DNA from: an uncultured delta proteobacterium
Lineage (GTDB): Bacteria > Desulfobacterota > Desulfomonilia > UBA1062
NCBI GenBank assembly: GCA_963752595.1
Contig: CAVVYZ010000022.1
Coordinates: 32,001-96,000 of the forward strand
Length of the DNA: 64,000 nucleotides
Direction: 5' to 3'
Numbering within the stretch: the first letter of the stretch is position 1; each line of letters starts with the position of its first letter. This document shows positions 34,907 through 44,995 of the stretch, piece after piece. The notes under the pieces were generated by a model. The model ran no database searches. It saw only the letters and a program-made list of their open reading frames with translations, and was not told where the DNA came from. Both the position numbers and the translations under genes were made by a program.

Positions 34907-36064
34907 CTAGCCGATCCTCCGTAAACCGTCTGCTATGCGGATCCGGATGGCCTGTATGGCAGGAATGAACGATGCGGCAAATCCCACCAGGAAGGCGATT
35001 CCCAGATCGAACAGTATTGTCGAACGTGCAACGTTGAAAATGGGGAAAAAGGCGCTTAAGCCCTGTTTGAATCCTGCAGCTGCCGGATAGGTGAGTACAA
35101 TTCCGAGCAGCGACCCCATGGAAGTGATCACCAGGGCTTCACCCACGATCAGGATGGTGATGTGGATCCCGGTATATCCGAGCGTTTTGAGCACCGCATA
35201 CTCCCCGATCCTCTCTCTCGTGGTCATTGCCATGGTGTTTGCCACTACTGCGAGTATGATCACGATGACCACGATGGATACCACGTTGATAACCTGCACT
35301 ATGGCCTGGCTCATGGAGATGAAGCCCATGATGAAAGCCTGTTCGGTCTCGGTAAGGGTTTCCGCAGGTGAGTTTTTAAACATCGCGTCTATTTCCAGGG
35401 CTACATCCGAAGATCGGTTCGGATCCTTTACCCCGATGAGGTAGAACCCCACCTGGTCGGCCCTGCGGGGCACGGTCTGCTTGATGGTTTCGTTGAGGTA
35501 TTCCCAGTGGAAAAAGAACTGGGTTTCGTCCGTATTCTGTGTGCGGCCCCGGTAGATGGCCTTAAGCACGAAGTCCCAGTTGCCCGGGTATATCGTCCCT
35601 TTGAGCGTTACGACATCGCCGATCTCCCAGCCGAAACGTTCCGCAAGCTTCCTCCCGGCAACGAAGCCCCTCCGGTCTTTGAAGAAATCCTCCTTCTGCT
35701 TTTCGGGCAGTATGTATTCGGGGTAGAGATTGAGATAGGTTTCGGGCTGCACGGCAAAGTTTGCAAAGAAATTCTTCTCGCTGATGTAAATGCCGCCGAA
35801 CCAGTTGCCGTAGGACACCGAGGTGACTCCTTCTGCATGACGTATCTTTTCATAATATGACAGGGGCAGCGGAAAGATCAGGGAAACGGCATTGCGGGTA
35901 ACGAGCCTGTTCGCAGACGATGATTCGACCCCGGCATACCAGGCGCTGATGACGGTCCGCAAAAGCCCGAATGCAAGGACTGCGATGGCGAAAGCGAGTA
36001 CGGTGAGGCCTGTCCTCACTTTCCGCCTGAAGGCGTTCTTCAGGATCATCTTGAGAAGGATCAT
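34907..36064 (-). CDS. ABC transporter permease (MacB/FtsX family)
   Basis: RERIGEYAVLKTLGY; same topology. Confidence 0.9.
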   Translation of the reverse strand: MILLKMILKNAFRRKVRTGLTVLAFAIAVLAFGLLRTVISAWYAGVESSSANRLVTRNAVSLIFPLPLSYYEKIRHAEGVTSVSYGNWFGGIYISEKNFFANFAVQPETYLNLYPEYILPEKQKEDFFKDRRGFVAGRKLAERFGWEIGDVVTLKGTIYPGNWDFVLKAIYRGRTQNTDETQFFFHWEYLNETIKQTVPRRADQVGFYLIGVKDPNRSSDVALEIDAMFKNSPAETLTETEQAFIMGFISMSQAIVQVINVVSIVVIVIILAVVANTMAMTTRERIGEYAVLKTLGYTGIHITILIVGEALVITSMGSLLGIVLTYPAAAGFKQGLSAFFPIFNVARSTILFDLGIAFLVGFAASFIPAIQAIRIRIADGLRRIG

Positions 36065-36750
36065 GTACTGAATTCACCCTTTTCCAAGTGGCGGATGACG
36101 TGTGCCCTTTCAGCCGCGTGCGGGTCGTGGGTTACCATGATGATGGTCTTGTTCAGCTCGGCATTCATCCGGTCCATGAGGTCGAGCACATCGGAGGCCG
36201 ATTTGCGGTCCAGGTCGCCGGTGGGTTCGTCAGCCACCAGGATCGCCGGGTCGATGACGACAGCCCGTGCAATGGCAACCCTCTGCTGCTCTCCACCGGA
36301 GAGCTGTGAGGGATAATGGTCCATCCGTGAAGTAAGGTTCACCATCCTTAAGGCCGCCTCCACATGCTCTCTCCGTTCTTTCTTTGAAAGGCCGGTAAGG
36401 TGCAGCGGCAGGTCAACATTTTCAAAGGCAGTGAGCACGGGAATGAGATTGTAGAACTGGAAGATGAAGCCTACATTTCCTGCGCGCCAGCCGGCCAGCT
36501 CGGTCTCTGAAAGGTTGGTGATATCCACATCGTCCACGATGATCGAGCCGCTGTCCAGGCGGTCGATGCCGGCGATAAGATTGAGCAGCGTGCTTTTCCC
36601 GGAACCCGAGGGGCCCATGATGGAAAGGAATTCTCCCCTGGCTATGTCGAAGGTGATATCCGAGAGGACCGGCACCACAAGGTTGCCCCGGTAGTAGCAC
36701 TTGGAAACATGCCGGATCTCGACAATGGACGATTGCTTATCCATGATCAC
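36061..36750 (-). CDS. ABC transporter ATP-binding protein (LolD/MacB type)
   Basis: GPSGSGKST, LSGGEQQRVAIARA, ADEPTG, VTHD. Confidence 0.95.
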   Translation of the reverse strand: MIMDKQSSIVEIRHVSKCYYRGNLVVPVLSDITFDIARGEFLSIMGPSGSGKSTLLNLIAGIDRLDSGSIIVDDVDITNLSETELAGWRAGNVGFIFQFYNLIPVLTAFENVDLPLHLTGLSKKERREHVEAALRMVNLTSRMDHYPSQLSGGEQQRVAIARAVVIDPAILVADEPTGDLDRKSASDVLDLMDRMNAELNKTIIMVTHDPHAAERAHVIRHLEKGEFST

Positions 36751-37964
36751 TTCTCGGTAATCGTGATCTTCGACCCGTCCCGTAGGCTCTCCGGAGGATT
36801 CAGGACAACCACGTCACCCGGCTTTGCTCCCTGGGGCACTTCCACCATATCGCCGAATCTTTCTCCCGTACGGATGCCTGTTCTCACCGCCTTGCCTTCC
36901 CGAACGATGAAGACGGCCGAACCTTCTCCCGAGCTGACGATCGCCGAGGAGTTCACCATGACACGGGCTTTCTCTTCTTCCTGTGTCAGGGGCCTGGAGA
37001 GGAATCCTACTTTGGCGCTCATTTCGGGCAGGATACGGGGATCAGGCTTTGCAAACCTGATTTTCACGAGCACAGTTGCCTTGGTTCTGTCAACGGTGGG
37101 AACAATCGTATCAACAGTCCCCTGGAACCGGATTCCGGGCAGCGCATCCAGCGTTATGTCGCAGGGTTGACCGGCGCTCACCATGCCGATATTCGATTCC
37201 GCGACATCGGCCTCCACCTGGAGAGATGAAAGGTCGGCGATGGTCACAACCGCTGCTTTTGCATTGGCTGCAGACCCCATAGGCGTGATGATGTCTCCCA
37301 CATCGGCATTCTTGGTGAGAACGACCGCATCGAACGGCGCCCTGATCTCGGTATACGAGAGCGAAACCTCCGAGCTTGAAAGGGCTGCGCGGCTCGATTC
37401 AACGGCCGCCTGCGCAGCTTCCAATGCTGCTTGGGCAGAGAGGTATCGCGTCCGAACCGTATCGAACTCGGAGCGTGAAACAGCACCGGATTTCACCAGA
37501 TTCTTCATGCGCTCGAAATTGCGGGATATATTGTTCAGATTTGCCTGGGCCTCCTGAACCCTTGCCCTGGCAAGTGCGAGATTGGCCCGGCTCTGGTCCA
37601 CGATAGCCTTGGCATCTTCGTTTTCGAGCCTGGCAAGGACCTGTCCCTGCTTTACGACGCTGCCTTCCTGGACCATGAGGGAGACGAGCTGGCCCGTGAC
37701 TTTGGTAGCCACGTCGGCCTTTCTCTGCGCAACGACATAACCGCTTGCACTGAGACGGGCCAGAAGCTGCGACGGATAGACCTCGCTCACGGTTGCAACG
37801 GACACAGCCACACCCTTTGAAGTAAAGGCCCAGACAATAAGTATTATAACGATGATGCCGGTTGCACCGAGGGTTATGGGCAGCACTGGTTTCGGCCGCC
37901 GGCGGGTCTGCTTGTCTTTTCGTTTTCTCTCTATGGCAAGCTTTTCGAGATCCTTGTCTTCCAT
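36747..37964 (-). CDS. Periplasmic adaptor / membrane fusion protein (MacA/HlyD family)
   Basis: N-terminal TM, VQEGSVVKQGQVLARL, coiled coil, IRAPFDAVV, LPEMSA. Confidence 0.9.
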   Translation of the reverse strand: MEDKDLEKLAIERKRKDKQTRRRPKPVLPITLGATGIIVIILIVWAFTSKGVAVSVATVSEVYPSQLLARLSASGYVVAQRKADVATKVTGQLVSLMVQEGSVVKQGQVLARLENEDAKAIVDQSRANLALARARVQEAQANLNNISRNFERMKNLVKSGAVSRSEFDTVRTRYLSAQAALEAAQAAVESSRAALSSSEVSLSYTEIRAPFDAVVLTKNADVGDIITPMGSAANAKAAVVTIADLSSLQVEADVAESNIGMVSAGQPCDITLDALPGIRFQGTVDTIVPTVDRTKATVLVKIRFAKPDPRILPEMSAKVGFLSRPLTQEEEKARVMVNSSAIVSSGEGSAVFIVREGKAVRTGIRTGERFGDMVEVPQGAKPGDVVVLNPPESLRDGSKITITEK

Positions 37965-38051
37965 CTCTTGAAACCTCATTTCAGTCAATATCATTGCTTA
38001 CATATATATACCAATATACATAAAATCTTTAACTTATCATATCTAAATCGC

Positions 38052-38096
38052 AGAAAAGAAAAGGGCACTACCGGGGAATTCTCCGGTGTTGCCCTT
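38052..38096 (-). terminator. Intrinsic terminator of the asparagine synthetase gene
   Basis: Stem AAGGGCA..ACCGG/CCGGT..TGCCCTT followed on the minus strand by TTCTTTTCT. Confidence 0.7.
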
Positions 38097-38138
38097 GAGC
38101 ATTTATTAATTTGCGGTGAACCTGATCGGCAATTATCC

Positions 38139-39362
38139 TTAGAAGAGAAAGAGCGGAAACGAATCCGGGTTCTTGCCGAAGCAGGTGAGATCGTCTATTT
38201 TATCTATTTTGGGACCTTTCAGCAAGGCGTAAAGCGATCGCTCGACACCGATTCCACCTCCCATGGTATCCGGAAAATAAGGCTTGTTGTTTCCATCCTT
38301 CATGGCGACTGCAGTCAGAAACGGCCCGTACCCATCTAGTATGGAGATATTTTCAAGTACACCGTTTGAGAATGCCGGGGCCTCGGGGATGATCTTGTTA
38401 TCGATGAGGCGGTAAATGATCGGTTCGTAAAGCCATTCCCGGATTGCACCGGAAAGTATCTCGAGCGCCGGAGTAAATTTGTTCGTCTCCCGCAGGAGGG
38501 ACCTTGCGCAGATATCATAGTTGTAAATCATGTCCGAGTCGAACGAAGTAAGCGGGAGCCTGGAGCCGTCAGGAAGGAGATAGGGATAAATGAGATCGTA
38601 GTTTTCCCGCAAGAGACCGGTTACCCAGAAAAATTGTGCGGATACGTCGTTTCCGATCTTCGCGTCGGTATCGATCTTCCCGTACTTCTTCAACGCATCA
38701 GTGTGCCTTATGCGCGGGAAAGGCTGTTTGGGAACTTCTATGGCTACACCGAGGTGCTTTAAATCATACTCGTTATTATCCGCAATCGCACTGAGAGCTG
38801 CAATGATCATTCGCTCGAAGAAGTCGATCACCTTCTCGAAGTCCTCTTTGAGGATCGCCTGAACTTTATCCGGGGAGTTCTTGTACTCGTCGAAACCGAT
38901 CCCGCGGTTGCGCCTCAATTCGACATCGATCTGGGAAAAGTCGATGAGGTACTTGCCGCGCTGCTTCCTCTGCGGGCTTTCGATTTCGAGCCTCACATTG
39001 GGCGAATCCACGAATATCCCTTTGATTCTCGGGTTAAAGCATGCGAGGAATTTCGAATAGATCATGGAGTGTGTCGAAACATACGGCATGCCTTTGTAGT
39101 GGATCGTCGGCACATGCTCAACGTCGTGAGCGAGGGGGTCGGTCACAGGGCTCATCTGTACCCGCTCAAGATTTATGAGGCCTTCCTTGGCAAGGTAATT
39201 ATGGATGGCAACGACAAATGACGTGCGGATATTCATTGCCGAAAAGAGCGTCTCGTTCACCCACTTCTCAACATAATTCTTTCTGATGAAATCTTCAAAG
39301 CTGCTGCCTGACTGAACGAGAGACGCCTGAAAGTGGAACAGGTCCTCACCAATAAAAGCCAT
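38139..39362 (-). CDS. AsnRS-paralogous, ammonia-dependent asparagine synthetase (archaeal AS-AR type)
   Basis: SPVTDPL, STHSMIYSK, SPNVRLE, DFSQIDVE, EILSGAIRE, GGGIGVER: class IIb aaRS catalytic core with no anticodon-binding OB domain. Confidence 0.8.
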   Translation of the reverse strand: MAFIGEDLFHFQASLVQSGSSFEDFIRKNYVEKWVNETLFSAMNIRTSFVVAIHNYLAKEGLINLERVQMSPVTDPLAHDVEHVPTIHYKGMPYVSTHSMIYSKFLACFNPRIKGIFVDSPNVRLEIESPQRKQRGKYLIDFSQIDVELRRNRGIGFDEYKNSPDKVQAILKEDFEKVIDFFERMIIAALSAIADNNEYDLKHLGVAIEVPKQPFPRIRHTDALKKYGKIDTDAKIGNDVSAQFFWVTGLLRENYDLIYPYLLPDGSRLPLTSFDSDMIYNYDICARSLLRETNKFTPALEILSGAIREWLYEPIIYRLIDNKIIPEAPAFSNGVLENISILDGYGPFLTAVAMKDGNNKPYFPDTMGGGIGVERSLYALLKGPKIDKIDDLTCFGKNPDSFPLFLF

Positions 39363-39482
39363 ACTATCCTCCTTGATCTTTGAAGTTGTTTATCAGGTCA
39401 TTATGGGAAAGATCAAAGATCCAATCACTCTATGGGCAAATGCCCCTTCTTGCTCCATAATGCCCTGATTGGGTCACAATTC

Positions 39483-39498
39483 AGCAACCTCTATGCCA
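39483..39498 (-). promoter_or_regulatory. Sigma54 -24/-12 promoter upstream of the asparagine synthetase gene
   Basis: Minus strand TGGCATAGAGGTTGCT = GG-N10-GC. Confidence 0.8.
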
Positions 39499-39727
39499 AA
39501 TGCCCTGAAACGCTACCATTGCAACCTATCACATCAATCCTTGCACTGTAAAGATTCTCTGCGTACCGGCATCTATTGATAAAATGAGCATGCTCAGTGC
39601 GCCCGGTCTTTGAAAAGAATCCCTTAGGGAAATTGCCGGCAATCGTACAATTTTGGGCAACGGATCAGCTTCAGACCAAATTTGTGTGAATAAACATCTT
39701 GAGGTCCTTTTCAAGGCGTTCAATTAA

Positions 39728-41128
39728 TCAGAACTTGAACTTATCGTATTCTGCCGGAACGCAAGTCGGATATTCGCCGCTGAAGCATGCGGTGCAATAG
39801 CGGCTCCCGTCTTCAACGGTCTGCAGCATGGCCTCGATTGAGAGATGTGCCAGGGAGTCTGCCCCGATAAAATCAGCAACATCGGCTACCGAGTGGCTGC
39901 ACGCAATAAGCTCGGACTTCGAGGATATATCTATCCCATAATAGCAGGGCGAGGCGATAGGCGGCGAACTTATCCTGACATGCACTTCGGAAGCGCCGCG
40001 TGACCTCAGGAGCTGGACGATCTGCCGCATGGTCGTGCCTCTGACAATGGAATCATCCACCACAACTACACGTTTCCCATCGATCACCCCGCTCACCGGG
40101 TTGAGCTTGACCCTGACATCGAGCTTGCGCTTGTCCTGGTGGGGAGCGATAAAGGTGCGGCCCACGTAGTGATTCCTGATGAGGCCGATCTCGTAGCGGA
40201 TGCCTGAGGCCTGGGCATACCCGAGCGCAGCGGTATTGCCGGAATCCGGTACCGAAATAACGATGTCGGCCTCGCATGGCGCCTCGCGCGCGAGCTGTTT
40301 GCCGAGCCTCCTGCGCACTTTGTCCACCTTTTCGCCGAAAACCAGGCTGTCAGGCCGGGAAAAGTAGATATGTTCGAAGATGCATTGAGACAGCCTCGGC
40401 GCCTGAGGGAGCTTGTATGAAGAAATGCCTTCTGCATCGATGATAAGGATCTCGCCCGGCTCTACGGACCTGATATACTCCGCTCCGATGATATCGAAAG
40501 CGCATGTCTCCGAGGCCACGACATATGCGCCTTCGGATCTGCCCAGCGAGAGAGGCCTGAACCCATATGGGTCGCGGGCCGCCACGAGCTTGTCCGGAGT
40601 AAGCAGTAAAAAACAGTAGGAACCGACAACCTGCTTGAGGGCATCGATGAACATATCGAGGAAACCGTTCTCATGAGAGCTTGCCATGAGGTGCAGGATA
40701 ATCTCGCTGTCGGAGGTGGTCTGAAAGATGGAACCTCTCTGCTGCAGGCCGCCCCTCAGCTCTTTGGCATTCGTTATGGTGCCGTTATGGGCTAATGCTA
40801 TTTTTCCGGCCTTGCTCTCCACGGAAATGGGCTGCGCATTGGTAATATCGCTCGTACCCTTCGTTGAGTACCGGTTATGACCTATGGCTGAAGTTCCCCG
40901 CAAGCGGGGCATGGCGGTGGGTTCCGAAAAGACCGACCATACGAGGCCGAGACCTTTCTTGAGCTTGATGTCCTCCCCGCTCGTGGATGCTATCCCTGCA
41001 CTCTCCTGCCCCCGATGCTGGAGTGCATACAGGCCCAGGTAGGTTTTTTCAGCAGCTTCCGGATCTCCGAAAATCCCGAATACCCCGCATTCTTCGTGCC
41101 AGTGGTCGTCGTCATATACTTCGATCAT
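39728..41128 (-). CDS. purF: Amidophosphoribosyltransferase (propeptide and Fe-S type)
   Basis: HEECGVFG after a 13-aa propeptide, LQHRGQESAG, GHNRYST, CIFEHIYFSRPDS, VDDSIVRGTT, PCYYGID, CTACFSG. Confidence 0.96.
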   Translation of the reverse strand: MIEVYDDDHWHEECGVFGIFGDPEAAEKTYLGLYALQHRGQESAGIASTSGEDIKLKKGLGLVWSVFSEPTAMPRLRGTSAIGHNRYSTKGTSDITNAQPISVESKAGKIALAHNGTITNAKELRGGLQQRGSIFQTTSDSEIILHLMASSHENGFLDMFIDALKQVVGSYCFLLLTPDKLVAARDPYGFRPLSLGRSEGAYVVASETCAFDIIGAEYIRSVEPGEILIIDAEGISSYKLPQAPRLSQCIFEHIYFSRPDSLVFGEKVDKVRRRLGKQLAREAPCEADIVISVPDSGNTAALGYAQASGIRYEIGLIRNHYVGRTFIAPHQDKRKLDVRVKLNPVSGVIDGKRVVVVDDSIVRGTTMRQIVQLLRSRGASEVHVRISSPPIASPCYYGIDISSKSELIACSHSVADVADFIGADSLAHLSIEAMLQTVEDGSRYCTACFSGEYPTCVPAEYDKFKF

Positions 41129-41267
41129 GTCGTATCCTCACGCCCCTGTAATATTTTCAACGGTAAAGTAATTCCAAAGATGCCTGTGCTTAAAAAAGCG
41201 TATCATGCGGCCAGGAATGCCATGACATAAATCGGACATCGGGAAAGTACACCTCTTCAGCATGAAA

Positions 41268-41283
41268 AGCAATGATGATGCCA
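41268..41283 (-). promoter_or_regulatory. Sigma54 -24/-12 promoter upstream of purF
   Basis: Minus strand TGGCATCATCATTGCT = GG-N10-GC. Confidence 0.75.
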
Positions 41284-41479
41284 CAGATCTCTAAAGTTAA
41301 TATAATGAGCAATTAATAGGAGATACATGCATTGCCAGTGGATATTCCTGTCGAAATAATGTGATAGAAAAGTTCCATCAATTAATTTCCGAACAATTTT
41401 GTTGCTGTGATGACGGAATTTTTTACTGCTCTGATAAAAAGACTTGATTCCCAATTATCTGAGCTCGATTAAAAGTAGT

Positions 41480-41848
41480 ATGAAGTATCTTTTTGACAGG
41501 CGTTTTCTCATCGCTGTCTGGATTACGATATTTCTTATGAAATTTGCCATCGGGCTTGCCCATCTCCTGACGCTCCGGAAGAGCATCAATCCTGTAACCC
41601 TTGACCTCTCCCAGGAAGCCTACCAGGGGACAAACCCGAAAACGCTCGATGCGCTCAATGAATTCGCACTGACCGTGAATAATACTTTTGATACATACCA
41701 GAGAAGCGCCCAGAGGGAACACCTTTTTGCCGCAGGGGGATACCTCACAGCTGCGCTTACATCCTTCCTTTCCATCATGCTCGTGCTCCGCGATGTTCTT
41801 TTCATCAGAGGGGCAAACACCCCTTTGAGCACAACGATAGAGATATAG
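41480..41848 (+). CDS. Hypothetical small membrane protein (two TM segments)
   Basis: Hydrophobic stretches at both ends of the ORF; no family recognised; start uncertain (41444 or 41480). Confidence 0.5.
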   Translation: MKYLFDRRFLIAVWITIFLMKFAIGLAHLLTLRKSINPVTLDLSQEAYQGTNPKTLDALNEFALTVNNTFDTYQRSAQREHLFAAGGYLTAALTSFLSIMLVLRDVLFIRGANTPLSTTIEI

Positions 41849-41860
41849 GATGGAAAAACG

Positions 41861-42463
41861 TTAAGGCATTGCAGAAGCGGCTATCCCGGCTATGAGCATG
41901 GCTATGCCTTTCCTGACCATCATAACGCCGATGGATGCCATGAAAAGATTTGCGATCTTTGAGATGATCGTCGTCCCTGCACTGCCGAGAATGCGGTTGA
42001 CCTGGCCAGCAAAGAAAAAGAAGAACCCTGCGATCAGGATATTGAGCGTGAGTGCCGTGGCAGTGAGAACCGCTCCATAGTTATCGAAAAGCAGGATCGA
42101 GGTTGTAAGCACAGCCGGGCCGGTGATCAGGGGCACGCCCAGCGGAACTGCTCCGAGGCCGCCCTTCAGCAGCCTTCTCTGGAGCTTTTCAGAAGAGAGC
42201 AGGTCACTGATTGCAATTACGAAGATGAGAATACCCCCGGCCACCATGAAATCCGCGATGCTGATCCCCAGAAGGCGCAAAGTCGCCCTGCCGCCGAAGA
42301 GAAAGGTAAGCGCCACGAACGTTGCCGTCAGGACCGATTCGAGAATGATCTTGAGAACATGCCGCCATGACATACCCTGGGTAAGTGTAATAAACATCGG
42401 CAGGGTACCTATGGCATCCACTGCTACGAACAGCGGAACAAAGCACATCCAGAATTCTCTCAT
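41861..42463 (-). CDS. MarC family membrane protein
   Basis: LFVAVDAIG, LGISIADFMVAGGIL, VPLGVPLITGPAVLT. Confidence 0.9.
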   Translation of the reverse strand: MREFWMCFVPLFVAVDAIGTLPMFITLTQGMSWRHVLKIILESVLTATFVALTFLFGGRATLRLLGISIADFMVAGGILIFVIAISDLLSSEKLQRRLLKGGLGAVPLGVPLITGPAVLTTSILLFDNYGAVLTATALTLNILIAGFFFFFAGQVNRILGSAGTTIISKIANLFMASIGVMMVRKGIAMLIAGIAASAMP

Positions 42464-42801
42464 CCGTTCTTCCTCGTTCTTTTAAGTACAAAGGACATCC
42501 TTGGTTGATTATCGGCATCCCCCCCGTACGAATTTACCACCCCAGCTCCTCTCTGATGTATCATGATATATGGTGACAGTTTTGTATGAAGAATCGTAAA
42601 ACAAGGGGGCTCATAGCAATTTGCCGTTACTATATACTGTAGGGCGTTTCTGTCGGCGGTCAACAAAAAGGCAAACCGTGCCCCTTTGGTATGGAGAAGA
42701 ACTTAATTCTACCATTCACCCATCGTTTGGAGTATAGGCATTCTCCATAAGAGAACGCTCCCCTAGATGCTCCATGAAACTACTGTAAAACATATGATTC
42801 C

Positions 42802-43521
42802 ATGGGTATACTGAATATAGATATCCTCACCCAGCCCGATGACTACACCTGCGGGCCCACATGTCTGCATGCCATTTATAAGTATTACGAAGACCCCATC
42901 GAGCTTCACCAGGTTATAGCCGAAGTGCCGATGCTCGCAGAAGGCGGAACGCTTGCGGTTTTTCTTGCAAATCATGCGTTGAAGCGGGGGTATCGGGCAC
43001 AGATCTACTCCTATAATCTCCAGATCTTCGATCCCACCTGGGCGAGGCTCGATGTAGACGAGATAAAGAAGCGGCTTATCCGGCAGATGGAGTTCAAAAA
43101 AAGCCCGAAGCTCAAGGTGGACACCCTGGCCTACCTGGAATTCTTCGATCTCGGCGGAACCCTGCACTTCGAGGATTTGAGCCCGTCTCTCATCCAGGGG
43201 TTCCTTCTTGAAAAGATCCCGATCATCACAGCGCTCAGTGCGACATACCTCTACAAGAGCGCCCGCGAGTACGGCCCTGAAAGTGTGTATGACGATGTCC
43301 AGGGAGAGCCTTCCGGGCACTTTGTGGTCGTGAGCGGGTATGATCCCATGAAACGCACCGTCATGGTTGCCGACCCTCACCTTCACAATCCCATCGCCTT
43401 CAGAAATAAGTATGAAGTGTCGGTCGACAGCCTCATCGGTGCCATATTCCTCGGCATTATCACCCACGATGCCAAGCTCATCATCATAGAGCCGAAAAAA
43501 GACGGGAGCTGTAAGATTTAG
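42802..43521 (+). CDS. Stand-alone C39-like papain-fold peptidase
   Basis: QPDDYTCGPTCL (Gln, catalytic Cys), GHFVVVSGYD (His), VADP (Asp). Confidence 0.85.
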   Translation: MGILNIDILTQPDDYTCGPTCLHAIYKYYEDPIELHQVIAEVPMLAEGGTLAVFLANHALKRGYRAQIYSYNLQIFDPTWARLDVDEIKKRLIRQMEFKKSPKLKVDTLAYLEFFDLGGTLHFEDLSPSLIQGFLLEKIPIITALSATYLYKSAREYGPESVYDDVQGEPSGHFVVVSGYDPMKRTVMVADPHLHNPIAFRNKYEVSVDSLIGAIFLGIITHDAKLIIIEPKKDGSCKI

Positions 43522-43522
43522 C

Positions 43523-44995
43523 ATGCGTACGCTGATTGTCGTGAACAATCCCAGGGACTGGCAGTTCGACATCCCGGGGGTCGAGGTTGTGGATGCCTGG
43601 AAATACCTCGATGATCCCGGCTACGGTGCGTTGCAGAGGGCGCGGGTGTTCAACCTCTGCCGTTCGTACCAATACCAGAGCCACGGATACTATGTGTCGC
43701 TGGTAGCCGCTGCCCGCGACCATAAACCCCTGCCCACAGTGATGACGATCCAGGACATGAAGACGCGCTCCGTGATCCGGGTCATGTCGGATGAGCTTGA
43801 TGAGCTCATTCAGAAGCATCTTTTCCACCTCACATCGCACCGCTTCGAGCTGAGCATCTACTTCGGCAGGAATATCGCCAAACGCTATGAACACTTGAGC
43901 ATCGCGCTCTACCGTCTCTTTGAAACCCCGCTGCTCCGGGCCTATTTTCACCGGACAAACGGCAAATGGTTTCTCCAGAATATCGAGCCCATCTCGACGA
44001 ACGAGATACCCGATGAGCACAAGGACTTCATCCGGCAGGCTGCGCTCGAGTACTTCGCAGGCAGGCGCAAAAACACGAAAAAGCTCAAGGAATACCGCTA
44101 CGATCTCGCTATCCTGACCAACGAGCATGAAGACTGTCCGCCATCAGATCAGCGGGCCATAGCCCGGTTCGTCCGTGCAGCGGATTCCCTGGGGATTGAT
44201 GCCGAGACGATCTCGAAGGACGATTTCAGCAGGATCGTTGAATTCGATGCACTCTTTATCCGGGAGACCACGAACGTCAATCACCACACGTACCGTTTTG
44301 CCCGTAAGGCCCAGACAGAGGGCCTTGTGGTCATCGATGATCCCTCCTCGATCTTAAGGTGCTCCAACAAGGTCTACCTCTCGGAGCTCCTGAAAACGCA
44401 CGGGATCCCCATTCCCGGGTCTGTCAACATCCACCTTCAGAACGTGAACTCGGTGAAGCGTTCCCTTGCCTACCCTGCCATTCTCAAACAGCCGGACAGC
44501 GCTTTCTCAAAAGGGGTGGTCAAGGTGGAGAATGTGCATGAGTTCGAGGCTGCGGTGGAGGAGCTCTTTGAAAAATCCGCCATCCTGGTGGCTCAGGAGT
44601 TCATGCCCACGGATTTCGACTGGAGAGTGGGCGTTCTGGACAATCAGGTGCTCTACGTATGCAAGTATTTCATGGCCCCTCATCACTGGCAGATTGTCAA
44701 GAAGGTTGAGAAATCGGGCAGGAACATCGAAGGATCGTTTGAAACCATACCCGTGGGCAAGGCCCCGAAAAGGCTTATCACCCTGGCACTCAAGGCTTCG
44801 GGTCTCATTGGCAGGGGGCTGTACGGGGTGGATATCAAGCAGGTCGGAAAGCGGTATGTCGTCATAGAGATCAATGACAATCCCAGCATCGAATCGGGGA
44901 TCGAAGACAAGGTGCTCAAAGACGGGCTGTATGTAAAGATCATGCAGGTCTTCCTCGATAGAATCGAAAAAAAGAAGGCGCCGAGGAAACTATGA
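43523..44995 (+). CDS. RimK-family ATP-grasp ligase with an N-terminal RLAN-type domain
   Basis: VFNLCRSYQYQSHGYYVSLVAAARDH, ALFIRETT, CSNKVYL, LKQPDSAFSKGV, QEFMPTDFDWRVGVL, GLYGVDIK, VIEINDNP. Confidence 0.9.
   Translation: MRTLIVVNNPRDWQFDIPGVEVVDAWKYLDDPGYGALQRARVFNLCRSYQYQSHGYYVSLVAAARDHKPLPTVMTIQDMKTRSVIRVMSDELDELIQKHLFHLTSHRFELSIYFGRNIAKRYEHLSIALYRLFETPLLRAYFHRTNGKWFLQNIEPISTNEIPDEHKDFIRQAALEYFAGRRKNTKKLKEYRYDLAILTNEHEDCPPSDQRAIARFVRAADSLGIDAETISKDDFSRIVEFDALFIRETTNVNHHTYRFARKAQTEGLVVIDDPSSILRCSNKVYLSELLKTHGIPIPGSVNIHLQNVNSVKRSLAYPAILKQPDSAFSKGVVKVENVHEFEAAVEELFEKSAILVAQEFMPTDFDWRVGVLDNQVLYVCKYFMAPHHWQIVKKVEKSGRNIEGSFETIPVGKAPKRLITLALKASGLIGRGLYGVDIKQVGKRYVVIEINDNPSIESGIEDKVLKDGLYVKIMQVFLDRIEKKKAPRKL

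Noticed and set aside
42670-42677. c-di-GMP-I riboswitch (GGCAAACC)
   Set aside because: The following GAAA loop and GACGCAAAGC elements are missing.
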